Source: an uncultured archaeon
GTDB taxonomy: Archaea > Asgardarchaeota > Thorarchaeia > Thorarchaeales > Thorarchaeaceae
Assembly: GCA_964473825.1 (NCBI GenBank)
Contig: CAYYQL010000027.1
Coordinates: 1 to 33,365, forward strand
Reading direction: 5' to 3'
Length of the DNA stretch: 33,365 nt
Part shown: piece by piece, positions 1 through 9,468 of the stretch
Numbering within the stretch: position 1 is the first letter of the stretch
Layout of the letters: each line of letters starts with the position of its first letter
Notes under the pieces: generated by a model
The model's input: only the letters and a program-made list of their open reading frames with translations
Told to the model about the DNA's origin: nothing
The model's database searches: none
Translations under genes and position numbers: made by a program

Positions 1-8
1 GGGCGGCA

Positions 9-1790
9 TTATGCGGAATCGTGTAGGCTTAATGCTGGATAGCACTCATGCATGAGCATTTTAAACAGCGCTGTCTGAATCTGAAACTCAGAAACAAAAC
101 CAGTTAGTTGTTCGCCGCAGATATCGATGGTAGGAAGCATAGGTAGATCCTCTTTGTCAATACCGGCATCAGGGTTATCCACATTGACAGACCTGAGCAG
201 GTATTGAGGAATCTGTAACTCCTCCATCTTTTCGTTCAAAAGCGTATAAACCGGGTCACAGAAAGCACAGTGGTTCGACTTGAAGAATATGATACAGACG
301 TCCCTTCCACAAGGAAGATCCCCCAGTTCTATGAATAGCGGTAGTTCAAGAACTATCTTTGTACCCTCAGAATGGTCCCCCGGTACCCTGTCTTCTGCCC
401 ATATCTTGCCATTGAGGTCATCGACAATTCTGGTAACCACTGTGAGACCTAATCCTCTCCCAACACTCTGCTCCATCGGGTCACCTGTGCGGTTAAAGAT
501 ATCCTCCTTGATAGCATCGGGAATTCCTGGTCCTTTATCATCGACCTCAAAACGAACTGTGGATTGTCTGTCAATCACTGAGCTGCTTATGTCGATTGCT
601 ACGTTTTCCGAATCATCAAACATCACGGCGTTGTGTAACACATTGAAGAAGACCTGCTCAACATATCCATGTCCGGCTATTTCATAGAGTCCGGGGTCAA
701 CATCGTGTCTTACATTGACTTCCTTCCATGGAAAGTCGTCTACCACAGAGTCGATAGCACGTTCGAGCGTGTCATACGGGTCGATGCGTTGCTTATCGGG
801 CGGATTCTCTCTAAGTGTGATGAGAGCTCTCATATTGGCTATCATTCGGGCCGAACGTCTTAAGCTCCAGTTCGTATCCTGCAATAACGACTGTATATCG
901 TCTGGGAGGTCCATCTTCTCCTGGAGCAGTCCCAGTGAGAAGACCAGCGACTGATTGATGTTAGAGAGATCATGGGTCATGACTTCTAGATAGAGATTGG
1001 CTCGGTTAGACTCTGCCTCTTCCCTCAGCTCGGCTTCTCGCCTTCTTGTGATGTCGATGGCCATGATGCTGATTTCTGAGATTATTCCTTGACTTTCTAT
1101 CGGGCTTGATGTCAGATTCACCCAGACAAGCTCCGAGTTCACGCCAACCAGAGGAATCTCTATGCCTCGCAATACCTCTCCGTCAAGGACCGCTTGAATG
1201 ACCTGTTTGCTCTCGCCTGAACCTTCTCCTACTGAGGCTTGAAACGTCGATATGCTGCGCTTCAAGAGTTGCTCTCTTTCATAGCCAAGTAGACTACACG
1301 CTGCCTTGTTGATGTCTTGTATAATGCCCCGTCGTGACACAACAAAATGAGCGACAGGGGAATTCTCGAAAATCGTTTCGAATCGAGACCTTACTTCATC
1401 AATACCCTCCTTCTTAGTCTGTACGGCTGGCTCATCTAGCAAGACTGCAACGGTATAGGGTACTTCGTTTTTGACTGCAAACGCCCTATACGGCACAACC
1501 AGTTTCTCATTGTTCTGGTCTTGGAGATGTGCTTGCCCACAGACCTCAAGGTCAGACACTTCTTGAGATGCCTCCTTCTGCTGGATTTGAGCATACAATG
1601 GAGACAGAAGCTTCGTGGTCATTGACTGGTCGACGCTGTTAGAATCGAGAGAGAAGAACTCAATAGCTTGAGCGTTTAAGGCGATGACGTCACCATTGCT
1701 CCAGACAATCAGAGGGTCGGTAGAGACCTCGAGTAGAAGTCTGAAGGGCAGGTGCTCAGGACAGGTTCCTTCTGGGTCATTCAGCCACAA
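9..1790 (-). CDS. PAS-domain sensor histidine kinase with C-terminal thioredoxin-like (CxxC) domain
   Basis: PAS signature (FETIFENSP...INKAACSLLGY...DITRRRE), H-box THDLSN, N-box VFFNVLHNA, G1 DKGPGI, G2 GRGLGL. The last ~100 aa contain FKSNHCAFC...VNVD...LPTI. TTG start is uncertain. Confidence 0.9.
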   Translation of the reverse strand: MWLNDPEGTCPEHLPFRLLLEVSTDPLIVWSNGDVIALNAQAIEFFSLDSNSVDQSMTTKLLSPLYAQIQQKEASQEVSDLEVCGQAHLQDQNNEKLVVPYRAFAVKNEVPYTVAVLLDEPAVQTKKEGIDEVRSRFETIFENSPVAHFVVSRRGIIQDINKAACSLLGYEREQLLKRSISTFQASVGEGSGESKQVIQAVLDGEVLRGIEIPLVGVNSELVWVNLTSSPIESQGIISEISIMAIDITRRREAELREEAESNRANLYLEVMTHDLSNINQSLVFSLGLLQEKMDLPDDIQSLLQDTNWSLRRSARMIANMRALITLRENPPDKQRIDPYDTLERAIDSVVDDFPWKEVNVRHDVDPGLYEIAGHGYVEQVFFNVLHNAVMFDDSENVAIDISSSVIDRQSTVRFEVDDKGPGIPDAIKEDIFNRTGDPMEQSVGRGLGLTVVTRIVDDLNGKIWAEDRVPGDHSEGTKIVLELPLFIELGDLPCGRDVCIIFFKSNHCAFCDPVYTLLNEKMEELQIPQYLLRSVNVDNPDAGIDKEDLPMLPTIDICGEQLTGFVSEFQIQTALFKMLMHECYPALSLHDSA

Positions 1791-1890
1791 TACTATTCAC
1801 CCGACGTGACGGTACTTGGGATTGTGTCTTTATGAACCAGCCTACTCAAGAACATTGCGTCGTGCAACAAACCGAAGTGTTATTACCAAG

Positions 1891-1902
1891 TAAAACGTTT
1901 TA
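1891..1902. promoter_or_regulatory. Perfect 12-bp palindrome TAAAACGTTTTA, candidate operator for the ArsR/SmtB regulator
   Basis: Perfect inverted repeat ~30 bp upstream of the arsR-family start. ArsR/SmtB repressors usually autoregulate through AT-rich inverted repeats. It may also just be part of the AT-rich promoter. Confidence 0.35.
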
Positions 1903-1931
1903 ATTCTTGTTCAAACGTAGAAAGATGATTT

Positions 1932-2240
1932 GTGATGCCAGATTCTACTGAATTCAAGATCGCTGATATCAGTGAGATGGTGAGGATGTTCAGAGCCATA
2001 GCAAATGAGTCACGGCTCATGATCATCCTCTTGCTCATGAAGGAGAAGAACAGACATGTCAGCGAGATTGCCGGTGACCTTGACCTTTCTGTTAGCAGTG
2101 TAAGCCATCATATGTCGAAGCTTGACGATCTAGGGTTTGTGCGACGTGAGCGCAGAGGGAAGGAGGTCTACTATCATCTAAGGGACGAATGTATCAAAGA
2201 GATTGTTGAGAGGGCGAGGAGCCATGTCAGCGGTGACTGA
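1932..2240 (+). CDS. ArsR/SmtB-family metal-responsive transcriptional repressor
   Basis: FRAIANESRLMII...VSEIA...SVSHHMSKL...GFV...RRGKEVYY winged-HTH pattern. Overlaps the start of the downstream metal ATPase. Confidence 0.92.
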   Translation: MMPDSTEFKIADISEMVRMFRAIANESRLMIILLLMKEKNRHVSEIAGDLDLSVSSVSHHMSKLDDLGFVRRERRGKEVYYHLRDECIKEIVERARSHVSGD

Positions 2241-4134
2241 ATCTTTCTGCACATATTGTGCAGCAGAAGAAGAACAAAAAGAGCAGGTGGATTTCAGGAA
2301 TGAATACGCAGCAATTGGCATCTCCGCAGTATTGCTGGTAGTCGGAGCGGCAATCCTTGCCCTGTCAGGAGAGTCGCAGATTATTACAGTGTTGCTCCTC
2401 CTCTCGACCATATCGGCTGGAAAAGACATAATCCCTAGGGGTCTCAGAGGAGCAGCGAATATCCATCTCGACGCTAATTTCCTGATGACCTTTGCAGCAT
2501 TTGCAGCATTTCTCATTGGAGCCCCATTTGAAGGGGCCGCGGTAATGCTTCTCTTTTCTATTGCAGGGCTCTTGGAGACCAAAGCCAATGACAGGGTGCG
2601 CATCGAGCTCGAGACATTGCTCAACCTGAAACCACACACAGCCAGTGTTGTTGATGAGGCAGGTGAGCGCGAAGTTCCCCTTGAGGAGGTAAAGGCCCGC
2701 CAGAGAATAGTGATTCGACCTGGTGAAAGAATCGGGCTCGATGGAATCGTTGTAAAGGGAGTCAGCGATGTTGATCAGTCGCCCATCACAGGCGAGTCAA
2801 TCCCAGTTGTGAAAGAGCAGGGCGATGCCGTCTATGCAGGTTCAATAAACCAGAATGGATACCTTGAGGTAGAAGTAACGAAGACCGCAGGTGAAACAGT
2901 TCTTGCTCATATTGTTGAAGAGGTAGAAGCGGCACAGAAACAAAAAGCCCCCACAGAACGACTCGTTTCCAGAGTGTCCCATGTCTACACGCCCGCAGTT
3001 GTGGCAGGGTCCTTCTTCCTTTCTCTGGCATCATTTCTTCTGGGTGCACCTCTTGAGCTGTCGATTTACAGAGGCCTAACGTTGCTTGTCACATCCTGTC
3101 CCTGTGCTTTTGCCATTTCTATTCCCGTCACTATGGTTTCGTCTCTTACCGGGCTAGCGAGATCAGGCATCCTTGTGAAAGGGGCGGAATATATTGAGCG
3201 AATGAGCGAAGCGGATCTGGTGTTGTTTGACAAGACAGGAACACTGACCATGGCAGAACTAGTGGTCTCTGATGTGCGTGGAGCAGAAGGGACAAGCAAC
3301 AGGGAGGTAGTACAACTGGCCGCATCTTTGGAAAGACACTCGGAACATCCAGTTTCCAGAGCCATTGTACAATACGCAGAGGATCACGATGTTCAGCTCC
3401 ATGAGGTGGAATCGTTTGAATCCGTTCCGGGTTATGGAATTCATGGGTCTATTGAAGGAGGGAAGCTCTTCGTAGGCAACAAAGCTTTCATCCAACAGCA
3501 AGTTGCAGAAATCCCCGAGGAACTGAGTCAGCTTTCGGTTCAGGGAACGATGGCCTATCTTAGCGATGAAACAAATGTGCTGGGAGTGATAGTTCTTAGC
3601 GACACTATTCGGCCCGAATCGGAATCCACTATCCGAGCCTTGAAAGCGATGGGACTTAGAACGGCAATGCTCACTGGAGACCGCAGTGATATCGCTAGGA
3701 GCGTAGCAAGTCGCCTGGGAATTGATATCTGCTACCCAGAGTTGCTCCCGAGTGAAAAGGTGGATCTAGTGAAGAAGCTCGCTGGAGAAGGGAGGACGAT
3801 CATGGTGGGTGATGGTGTCAACGATGCGCCTGCTTTGGCTTCAGCTGATGTGGGAATTGCATTGGGAGGAATATCCTCAGATGTTGCACTCGAAACTGCC
3901 GACGTGGTTCTGATGGAGGAAGATCTCTCCAAGCTTCCGGACCTTCTGGCTCATTCGTCCCATGCTATGAGAGTGGTGAAGCAAAACATTGCGACGTCGA
4001 TTTCTGTGAAGGCTGCAGTGGCAGTGCTCGCTGTTATGGGAATCTCAAGTCTATGGCTGGCCATTGGCATTGGAGATATGGGCCTAACACTCGCCGTTCT
4101 TGGGAATGCATTGAGGCTCGTGCGACGCCTGTAA
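2224..4134 (+). CDS. cadA: Heavy-metal translocating P1B-type ATPase (Zn/Cd/Pb, CadA/ZntA-like)
   Basis: TGES, CPC, DKTGT, SEHP, TGD and GDGVNDAP motifs. K in KQNI and D in IGDMG fit the P1B-2 class. ATG at 2224 chosen over the upstream TTG at 2203. Confidence 0.9.
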   Translation: MSAVTESFCTYCAAEEEQKEQVDFRNEYAAIGISAVLLVVGAAILALSGESQIITVLLLLSTISAGKDIIPRGLRGAANIHLDANFLMTFAAFAAFLIGAPFEGAAVMLLFSIAGLLETKANDRVRIELETLLNLKPHTASVVDEAGEREVPLEEVKARQRIVIRPGERIGLDGIVVKGVSDVDQSPITGESIPVVKEQGDAVYAGSINQNGYLEVEVTKTAGETVLAHIVEEVEAAQKQKAPTERLVSRVSHVYTPAVVAGSFFLSLASFLLGAPLELSIYRGLTLLVTSCPCAFAISIPVTMVSSLTGLARSGILVKGAEYIERMSEADLVLFDKTGTLTMAELVVSDVRGAEGTSNREVVQLAASLERHSEHPVSRAIVQYAEDHDVQLHEVESFESVPGYGIHGSIEGGKLFVGNKAFIQQQVAEIPEELSQLSVQGTMAYLSDETNVLGVIVLSDTIRPESESTIRALKAMGLRTAMLTGDRSDIARSVASRLGIDICYPELLPSEKVDLVKKLAGEGRTIMVGDGVNDAPALASADVGIALGGISSDVALETADVVLMEEDLSKLPDLLAHSSHAMRVVKQNIATSISVKAAVAVLAVMGISSLWLAIGIGDMGLTLAVLGNALRLVRRL

Positions 4135-4145
4135 AAGAGTCTGGT

Positions 4146-5094
4146 CTACTTATAGTGCTCCAAGGCTCGAACAGATAGAGCAAGGAAGAAGGTGACGAGT
4201 CCAGCCACCAGAAGAGGAAGTACCGCAATGAGCAAGATGTCTTGTCCGAATGTAGTGACCACGAGAATCATGAGCGTTCCTATTGACAGGTTAATGGCTG
4301 GAAATGAGAAGGCTAGCGGCACGGGAGGATTCTTGGGATCATTAGTGAATACCGGTACGTAGGCACCAATCATGATGCCTGTCGCACAGAAGACCAATAT
4401 CAGTGGTGCCCCAAGTGAGATGAGGACTGTTCCACCAGATATCCGGAAGAAATAATCGATAAATCCGTAGAGAGGAATTGCTGCGATGGCCCCCTCAAAC
4501 AGACTTCCCAGATACTTGGCCAGCACAATATCACTTCGATGAAACGGGCTGGATTTGAGAAGGTAAATATTCTGGCCTTCATCGACAAAAGGCCGGTGAT
4601 ACCACAAGGATGGTGAGGACGAGTGATGAGGCGATGTCAAGCGAGTACCCCTGAGAATATACTGGGTCGATATATGGGATCCATGGGAACAGAAATCTAG
4701 GGGAGAGTATTGATACGGAGAAAAATGTCATCCCGACGGTGATTGCAACCGATTTTGCGAGGAAATCAACATCATGGTCATCGAGTCGATAGAAGAAGAA
4801 GACAGCCGGAATAGAAACTAGGAACAGATGCATCAGGGATAGGAGTAAAGGGAGCCTTGGTGAAAAAGGGGTCTCAGTGCCGATAGACCACAGAATTGTT
4901 TCGAACCAAACCAACATCGTTCTCGCGGGCCAGTATTCCGAATACTCAATTGCGAAGGAGATTGGAAAGACAAGATATATCACAACCAAACGGAATCTCG
5001 CCTGGGTCGTCTTCGATTGCCAAATCGACCGCAGTTCCTCTCTCAAACCAGACCCTGCCCCGGAGTGTTTGTTGCTGATGAAAGCATCAAGCAA
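4146..5094 (-). pseudogene. Membrane protein, ABC-2-type permease-like C-terminus, split by an apparent 1-nt frameshift
   Basis: Two overlapping hydrophobic ORFs (4579-5094 and 4146-4640). Deleting one A of the AAAA run at 4587-4590 joins ...VVSPAF to VDEGQNIYLLKSSP...DIVLAKY, a motif typical of putative ABC exporter permeases. Confidence 0.5.
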
Positions 5095-5142
5095 AATAAG
5101 GCTGCTGTTTAGCGTGTACTGCGGTAATGCATCAGTGACATA

Positions 5143-5862
5143 CTAGACCAAATCTATAGGTACGGTGTCGAGGAAAACCAATTGCCAGTTCTTCAGTCTG
5201 CTTCTAAGTGCGTGGGCACTAAGGCCCCGCTCGACACCTCTGTTGAGAGCATCAGCAAATGCAGGATCCATGTCTCTGTTTACTGAGAACCTCCTTACGT
5301 CGGGTCTCTGGATGACAAAGACGACGTACACTTCGTCCGCTACTCCAGATTCTTTCGCCATCACCAGGTCGTGAAGATGTCTTGTGCCCCGCCTTGTGGG
5401 AGCATCAGGGAAGAGAGCTGTTCCATCCTCAACCAGCGTGCACGACTTGACTTCAATGAGCTTGATTCCTTCATCGCCCTCTAATCTGAAATCAGACCTG
5501 CCTTCGAAGAGCGGAGGCTCTGGAACAACCTTTACGTATTCGCCGAAAAAGTCTAGCTTGTGAGTTTCAAGCATGCGTTTCATGAATCGATTAGGCTTGT
5601 TTGAGTCAATCGAAACCATGACCCCCTCGTGTTCAAGCGCGATAAGGTCATACTTGGTCTTTCTGTGTTGGCCCTCTCTCTTTCGAGCAAATACTGGGCG
5701 GCCCGGGGTGAGTAGTTCGTGCATTCTCCCAGGGTTCGGCACAAATGCCTCAACTTCCTCGCCTTCGATCTCTAGAACAGAAAGGAATCGATTAGGTCGA
5801 GCAAGGAATAGAGCTTGCACTACTTCACAATCGCCTACCGTACTATCAGTATCCTGCAACAC
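5143..5862 (-). CDS. sfsA: Sugar fermentation stimulation protein A (SfsA; OB-fold + PD-(D/E)XK nuclease fold)
   Basis: RPNRF, VPNPGRMHEL, RKTKYDL, SDF...IEVKSCTL, FPDAPTRRGTRHL, FVIQR motifs. Confidence 0.95.
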   Translation of the reverse strand: MLQDTDSTVGDCEVVQALFLARPNRFLSVLEIEGEEVEAFVPNPGRMHELLTPGRPVFARKREGQHRKTKYDLIALEHEGVMVSIDSNKPNRFMKRMLETHKLDFFGEYVKVVPEPPLFEGRSDFRLEGDEGIKLIEVKSCTLVEDGTALFPDAPTRRGTRHLHDLVMAKESGVADEVYVVFVIQRPDVRRFSVNRDMDPAFADALNRGVERGLSAHALRSRLKNWQLVFLDTVPIDLV

Positions 5863-6056
5863 CGTATCACATTATCGCTTTTCTTAGCAAGCCATAATAC
5901 TTGTTCGAAATGGTAGCTCTCCCAGCGCTCATGCCTATGTTTGCAGTTTTCCATTTTGCGTCAAAGGTTTCGATTATCAGTTGTGGAGTAGAGTGACACA
6001 ATCCTTTTGAGAGGGATAGCTAGGCTTTAAGATAGGCATTCTTCGGGGCCAAGAAG

Positions 6057-8315
6057 ATGAAACGAGAGTACGTTCGAACGGGTACCGGTCTGATCATCAT
6101 GCTTGTTGGAGTATTCTTCTTCATGACCAGTGACCCACCTTGGACTACGCCCCGAGCCTCTACAATCCTTTATTCTGTCCTCGCGTTTCTAGCCGTAGCT
6201 ATAGCCGCTAGTGCCGCGAACAGGATCCGAATCAATCCGTCACGTGCCAATCGGATGTTTGCAGCTGGGACAACCTATGCTGCCGTCATCTTTGGTGGGG
6301 CTTCCGTCTTCTACATTCTCAGCACCGAGCCATTAGCTGCTCATGCTCGAACAGCAGGGGTTGCACTGAACTTGGTAGCTTTGGCCACAACGAGTGTCTA
6401 CATGCTCATCTTCATCCATCTTGCAAATGCGAAACAGAATGATGACTCTGTGTGGAATAGACCAATGACCTGTCCTCTAGCAGTCGTTCTCGGTCTGGTC
6501 GCCTTTGGGGCCATGATGGTGGTGTCGAGAGCAGGAATGGACAAGTCAGTCTATCTGACCATTGGATATGTGATGGGTGCAATCGCTCTGTTTTCATATG
6601 GGGTCGCGGCAGTTGCTACACTGATGAGAAAGCGCCAAGTCCACGATCAGGATAGCTATCGGTTAGGGCTGTCATTCATGTTCCTTGCGGCCGCGGCCGG
6701 TGTCGATGTCTATGTTATGCCTTCACCAAGTTCGTTTTGGCTATGGTCTATATGCTTCATCGCGATGGCCTTCATTCTTGCTTTAGTTGCCACCGCCTAT
6801 CCCTACCTCAAAGATATCGGAATTCAAGAAGGGGTAGCATATACAACCAGCATTCTCATCAGCGTCATAGTCATTGTTCCGTTTCTCGTTACAGCATTTG
6901 TTGACTCCTATTTTCCCTTTGACCTCATCATTGATTATGGCACGACGATAGTAATTCATGCAGGAGGCGCTGTGTTAGCCGCTTCACTCTCCTACGTATT
7001 GTTTAGAAGGTCTAGATTCAAGCCAAAGCCGCACCATCAGTCGATCATCATGCTATTTCAAGTCTGGGCAGTGGCAGAAGTGGTACTAATTCTGACATAC
7101 CTTGCACCGCTTCTTGGAATTGAAGTAGCCCCACTCGTTCCTTTCATAACGGGTGTTGCTGCCACATTGCTCCTTCTTACTCTCGCATTTCGGACAACTC
7201 TTCGTCCTCCACAAAAGTTGCACTACCCTACCTTGAGATACCACTTCTCTGCAATTCTACTCTTCATCCTTGTGATAGCAGGAATTGGAGTGGCAAGATT
7301 GTCCCTCTCCTCCATGTTTCCTTTGCTGTTCAATCGCTCCATAGACATGAGCATCCTTCTTATCCTCAGTTACTTTGCCCTCTCTGCTCTGATTACCTTC
7401 ATCTTGGTTCTAATGGCCTCGTCAGGTCGCGACTTTGCTCTCGCTGGAGTTTCGGCTCTCTACGTTACAGTGTGGCTTGTGGTCTCTATCCTCAAGGCGA
7501 ACTTTCTCATATGGACAATGGGATGGTGGGCAGCGGACGTTCTTCTTGCTATCTTCGTTGCAGTGTTTCCATTAATCATGGTAAGATTCTATATACAAGG
7601 AGCAGAGAAGAATGTTGACTTCGAGAGAAGGGCTGATATCTACTCTGAATATGTTTCCTCAAGAATCATCAAGCATCATCAGACAGCGATGGACAGCCTC
7701 GAGGTGCTGAGCAGGAAACCACATGTCAGTGACGAATTCCTCCAATCTGTTTCTAGGGCACTAACTGAATTGTCCACCGCAGATGAGCTTACGAGGAGTC
7801 TTACTGCTGTGCTTAGTGCAGATAGATTTTCGCCAGACACAATGGAGCAGTTCGATCTTGTGAAGAGCATTCTTACGGCCTATGAGAAGCTCAAGGCAAG
7901 GCATCCCGAAATTCCCGAGGAGCTGGCGTTGAACAGGAACACCGGCGAGTGCTCGGTTCTCGGCAACTCACTATTGGTGGACTTGTTCTACAACCTGCTT
8001 CAAGGCGTTGCATCTCGGATAGGGGGAATAGAGTCAACTCGAATTCGAATCGAAGGTATAGATGAAGAGTGTAGCCACTTTCTAGTTGAAATACAACTAG
8101 ATCTTTCAACCGACGAGCCGACTCTGAAACAAGAACTGCTCACGAGGTATATGGAGGGGCACGATCCGTCCGCAATCGAATTCGCGTACGCAGAACGTCT
8201 GGTAGAGTTATTTGGTGGACAAGTGAGCTACGATGCGTTTTCAGAGATGAAAAATCATCTGTCGGTGGTTTTCAGTCTCATTCTCCCAGGCTCTCAACAG
8301 ACTCTCACTGAATGA
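6057..8315 (+). CDS. Polytopic membrane protein with degenerate histidine-kinase-like C-terminal domain
   Basis: About 510 aa of successive hydrophobic segments, then a soluble tail with an N-box-like LLVDLFYNLL and AERLVELFGGQV...VVFSLILP. No canonical H-box or DxGxG/GxGL boxes. Confidence 0.7.
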   Translation: MKREYVRTGTGLIIMLVGVFFFMTSDPPWTTPRASTILYSVLAFLAVAIAASAANRIRINPSRANRMFAAGTTYAAVIFGGASVFYILSTEPLAAHARTAGVALNLVALATTSVYMLIFIHLANAKQNDDSVWNRPMTCPLAVVLGLVAFGAMMVVSRAGMDKSVYLTIGYVMGAIALFSYGVAAVATLMRKRQVHDQDSYRLGLSFMFLAAAAGVDVYVMPSPSSFWLWSICFIAMAFILALVATAYPYLKDIGIQEGVAYTTSILISVIVIVPFLVTAFVDSYFPFDLIIDYGTTIVIHAGGAVLAASLSYVLFRRSRFKPKPHHQSIIMLFQVWAVAEVVLILTYLAPLLGIEVAPLVPFITGVAATLLLLTLAFRTTLRPPQKLHYPTLRYHFSAILLFILVIAGIGVARLSLSSMFPLLFNRSIDMSILLILSYFALSALITFILVLMASSGRDFALAGVSALYVTVWLVVSILKANFLIWTMGWWAADVLLAIFVAVFPLIMVRFYIQGAEKNVDFERRADIYSEYVSSRIIKHHQTAMDSLEVLSRKPHVSDEFLQSVSRALTELSTADELTRSLTAVLSADRFSPDTMEQFDLVKSILTAYEKLKARHPEIPEELALNRNTGECSVLGNSLLVDLFYNLLQGVASRIGGIESTRIRIEGIDEECSHFLVEIQLDLSTDEPTLKQELLTRYMEGHDPSAIEFAYAERLVELFGGQVSYDAFSEMKNHLSVVFSLILPGSQQTLTE

Positions 8316-8364
8316 ATGTACTGCGTCACTGAAGGTAACTCGGACCAAATAAGGCCTGAATCAT

Positions 8365-9468
8365 CTACTGGCAGAACTGCAGGAGGGAACACTGACCCTC
8401 GTCCTTGCTGAGATTCGATACACTCACGCCCAGCTGTCGAACCATCTTCCTTTCATTAAGATGAGATCTAAAGAGCTGAACGGCCATGTTCTTCAACATC
8501 GTTCTGCTATCGGTTGCTACAGGTAGGCTCTTACTACGCTGAATAGTCTCAAAGTCATCATACCTCAGAGTGACACAAATGGTCTTGAACCTGTAACCCT
8601 TTGAAACCAGCCTTTCACCGATACGAGCACAGAGCTTATCAATAGCTTGAAGAAGGAATGGTCGTGCTTCTGGTTCAATATCCTCCATGAATGTCTGTCG
8701 CTTGCTAATTGACTTGCGAGTGCGCGGGCCACTGTCCAGCAACGGTCTATCATCAATACCAAGGGCACGATTGCGCAGCCATATAGAGGACTTGCCCATA
8801 ATTGGCCAGAGATCTGGCAGAGACATATGCTGAATCTGCCACAGGTATTCGATTCCATGCGCTCTGAGTCGCTCTCCTGTCTTCTTACCTACTCCATGAA
8901 GTTCTTCAACATCAAGAGGTGCTAAGAACTCAGCTGCCTTCTCGACAGCCTGGGGAACAAGTGTAATGCCCATCGGCTTGTTCTGTGAGGTAGCAATCTT
9001 GGCTAGTGACATATTGGAAGCAACCCCGATTGAACAAGGAAGATGTGTCTCATCTTTCACGCTTTTCTGAACCGTTCGAGCCAGAGCATAGGCTTCTGAC
9101 TGGCCCTGTACGCGCTCAGTGACCTCAATGTATGCTTCATCGATGCTGGCACGCCGTACTCGGCCCCCATCTGCATGCTCTTCAAGTAGGTCCATAAACT
9201 CGTCCGAGGCTTCGAGATAGTCTGAGAAATTGCCTGGGATGAATACTGCATCGGGGCAGAGGCGATATGCTTTTGATACGGGCATTCCGGAATGCACACC
9301 AAAGTCACGGGCTTCGTATGAGACTGCCCGAACGACACCCCGTCCGTGTCCTCCTTTTGGGTCATGACCTACACAAACTGGAAACCCAATCAGCTCGGAA
9401 TGATTCCTGAATTGCTCTACCGAGGCGAAGAACGCATCTAGGTCAACATGGAATATCCACCTATCCAT
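8365..9468 (-). CDS. dinB: DNA polymerase IV (Y-family, DinB/Dpo4)
   Basis: HVDLDAFFASVEQ, SYEARDFGVHSGMP, ASIDEAY, CSIGVA...AKIA...KPMG, GVGKKT, little-finger domain and C-terminal QCSLLQF PIP-like motif. Start taken at MDRW (9468). Confidence 0.95.
   Translation of the reverse strand: MDRWIFHVDLDAFFASVEQFRNHSELIGFPVCVGHDPKGGHGRGVVRAVSYEARDFGVHSGMPVSKAYRLCPDAVFIPGNFSDYLEASDEFMDLLEEHADGGRVRRASIDEAYIEVTERVQGQSEAYALARTVQKSVKDETHLPCSIGVASNMSLAKIATSQNKPMGITLVPQAVEKAAEFLAPLDVEELHGVGKKTGERLRAHGIEYLWQIQHMSLPDLWPIMGKSSIWLRNRALGIDDRPLLDSGPRTRKSISKRQTFMEDIEPEARPFLLQAIDKLCARIGERLVSKGYRFKTICVTLRYDDFETIQRSKSLPVATDSRTMLKNMAVQLFRSHLNERKMVRQLGVSVSNLSKDEGQCSLLQFCQ

Noticed and set aside
2491-2511. 9-bp tandem repeat TTTGCAGCA
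   Set aside because: Simply encodes FAAFAAF in a transmembrane helix of the ATPase
5095-5145. The sfsA TAG stop is in frame with the downstream membrane ORF (possible pyrrolysine or readthrough fusion)
   Set aside because: SfsA is full length at the stop, several other complete genes here end in TAG, no pyl genes are present, and in-frame adjacency happens by chance about one time in three
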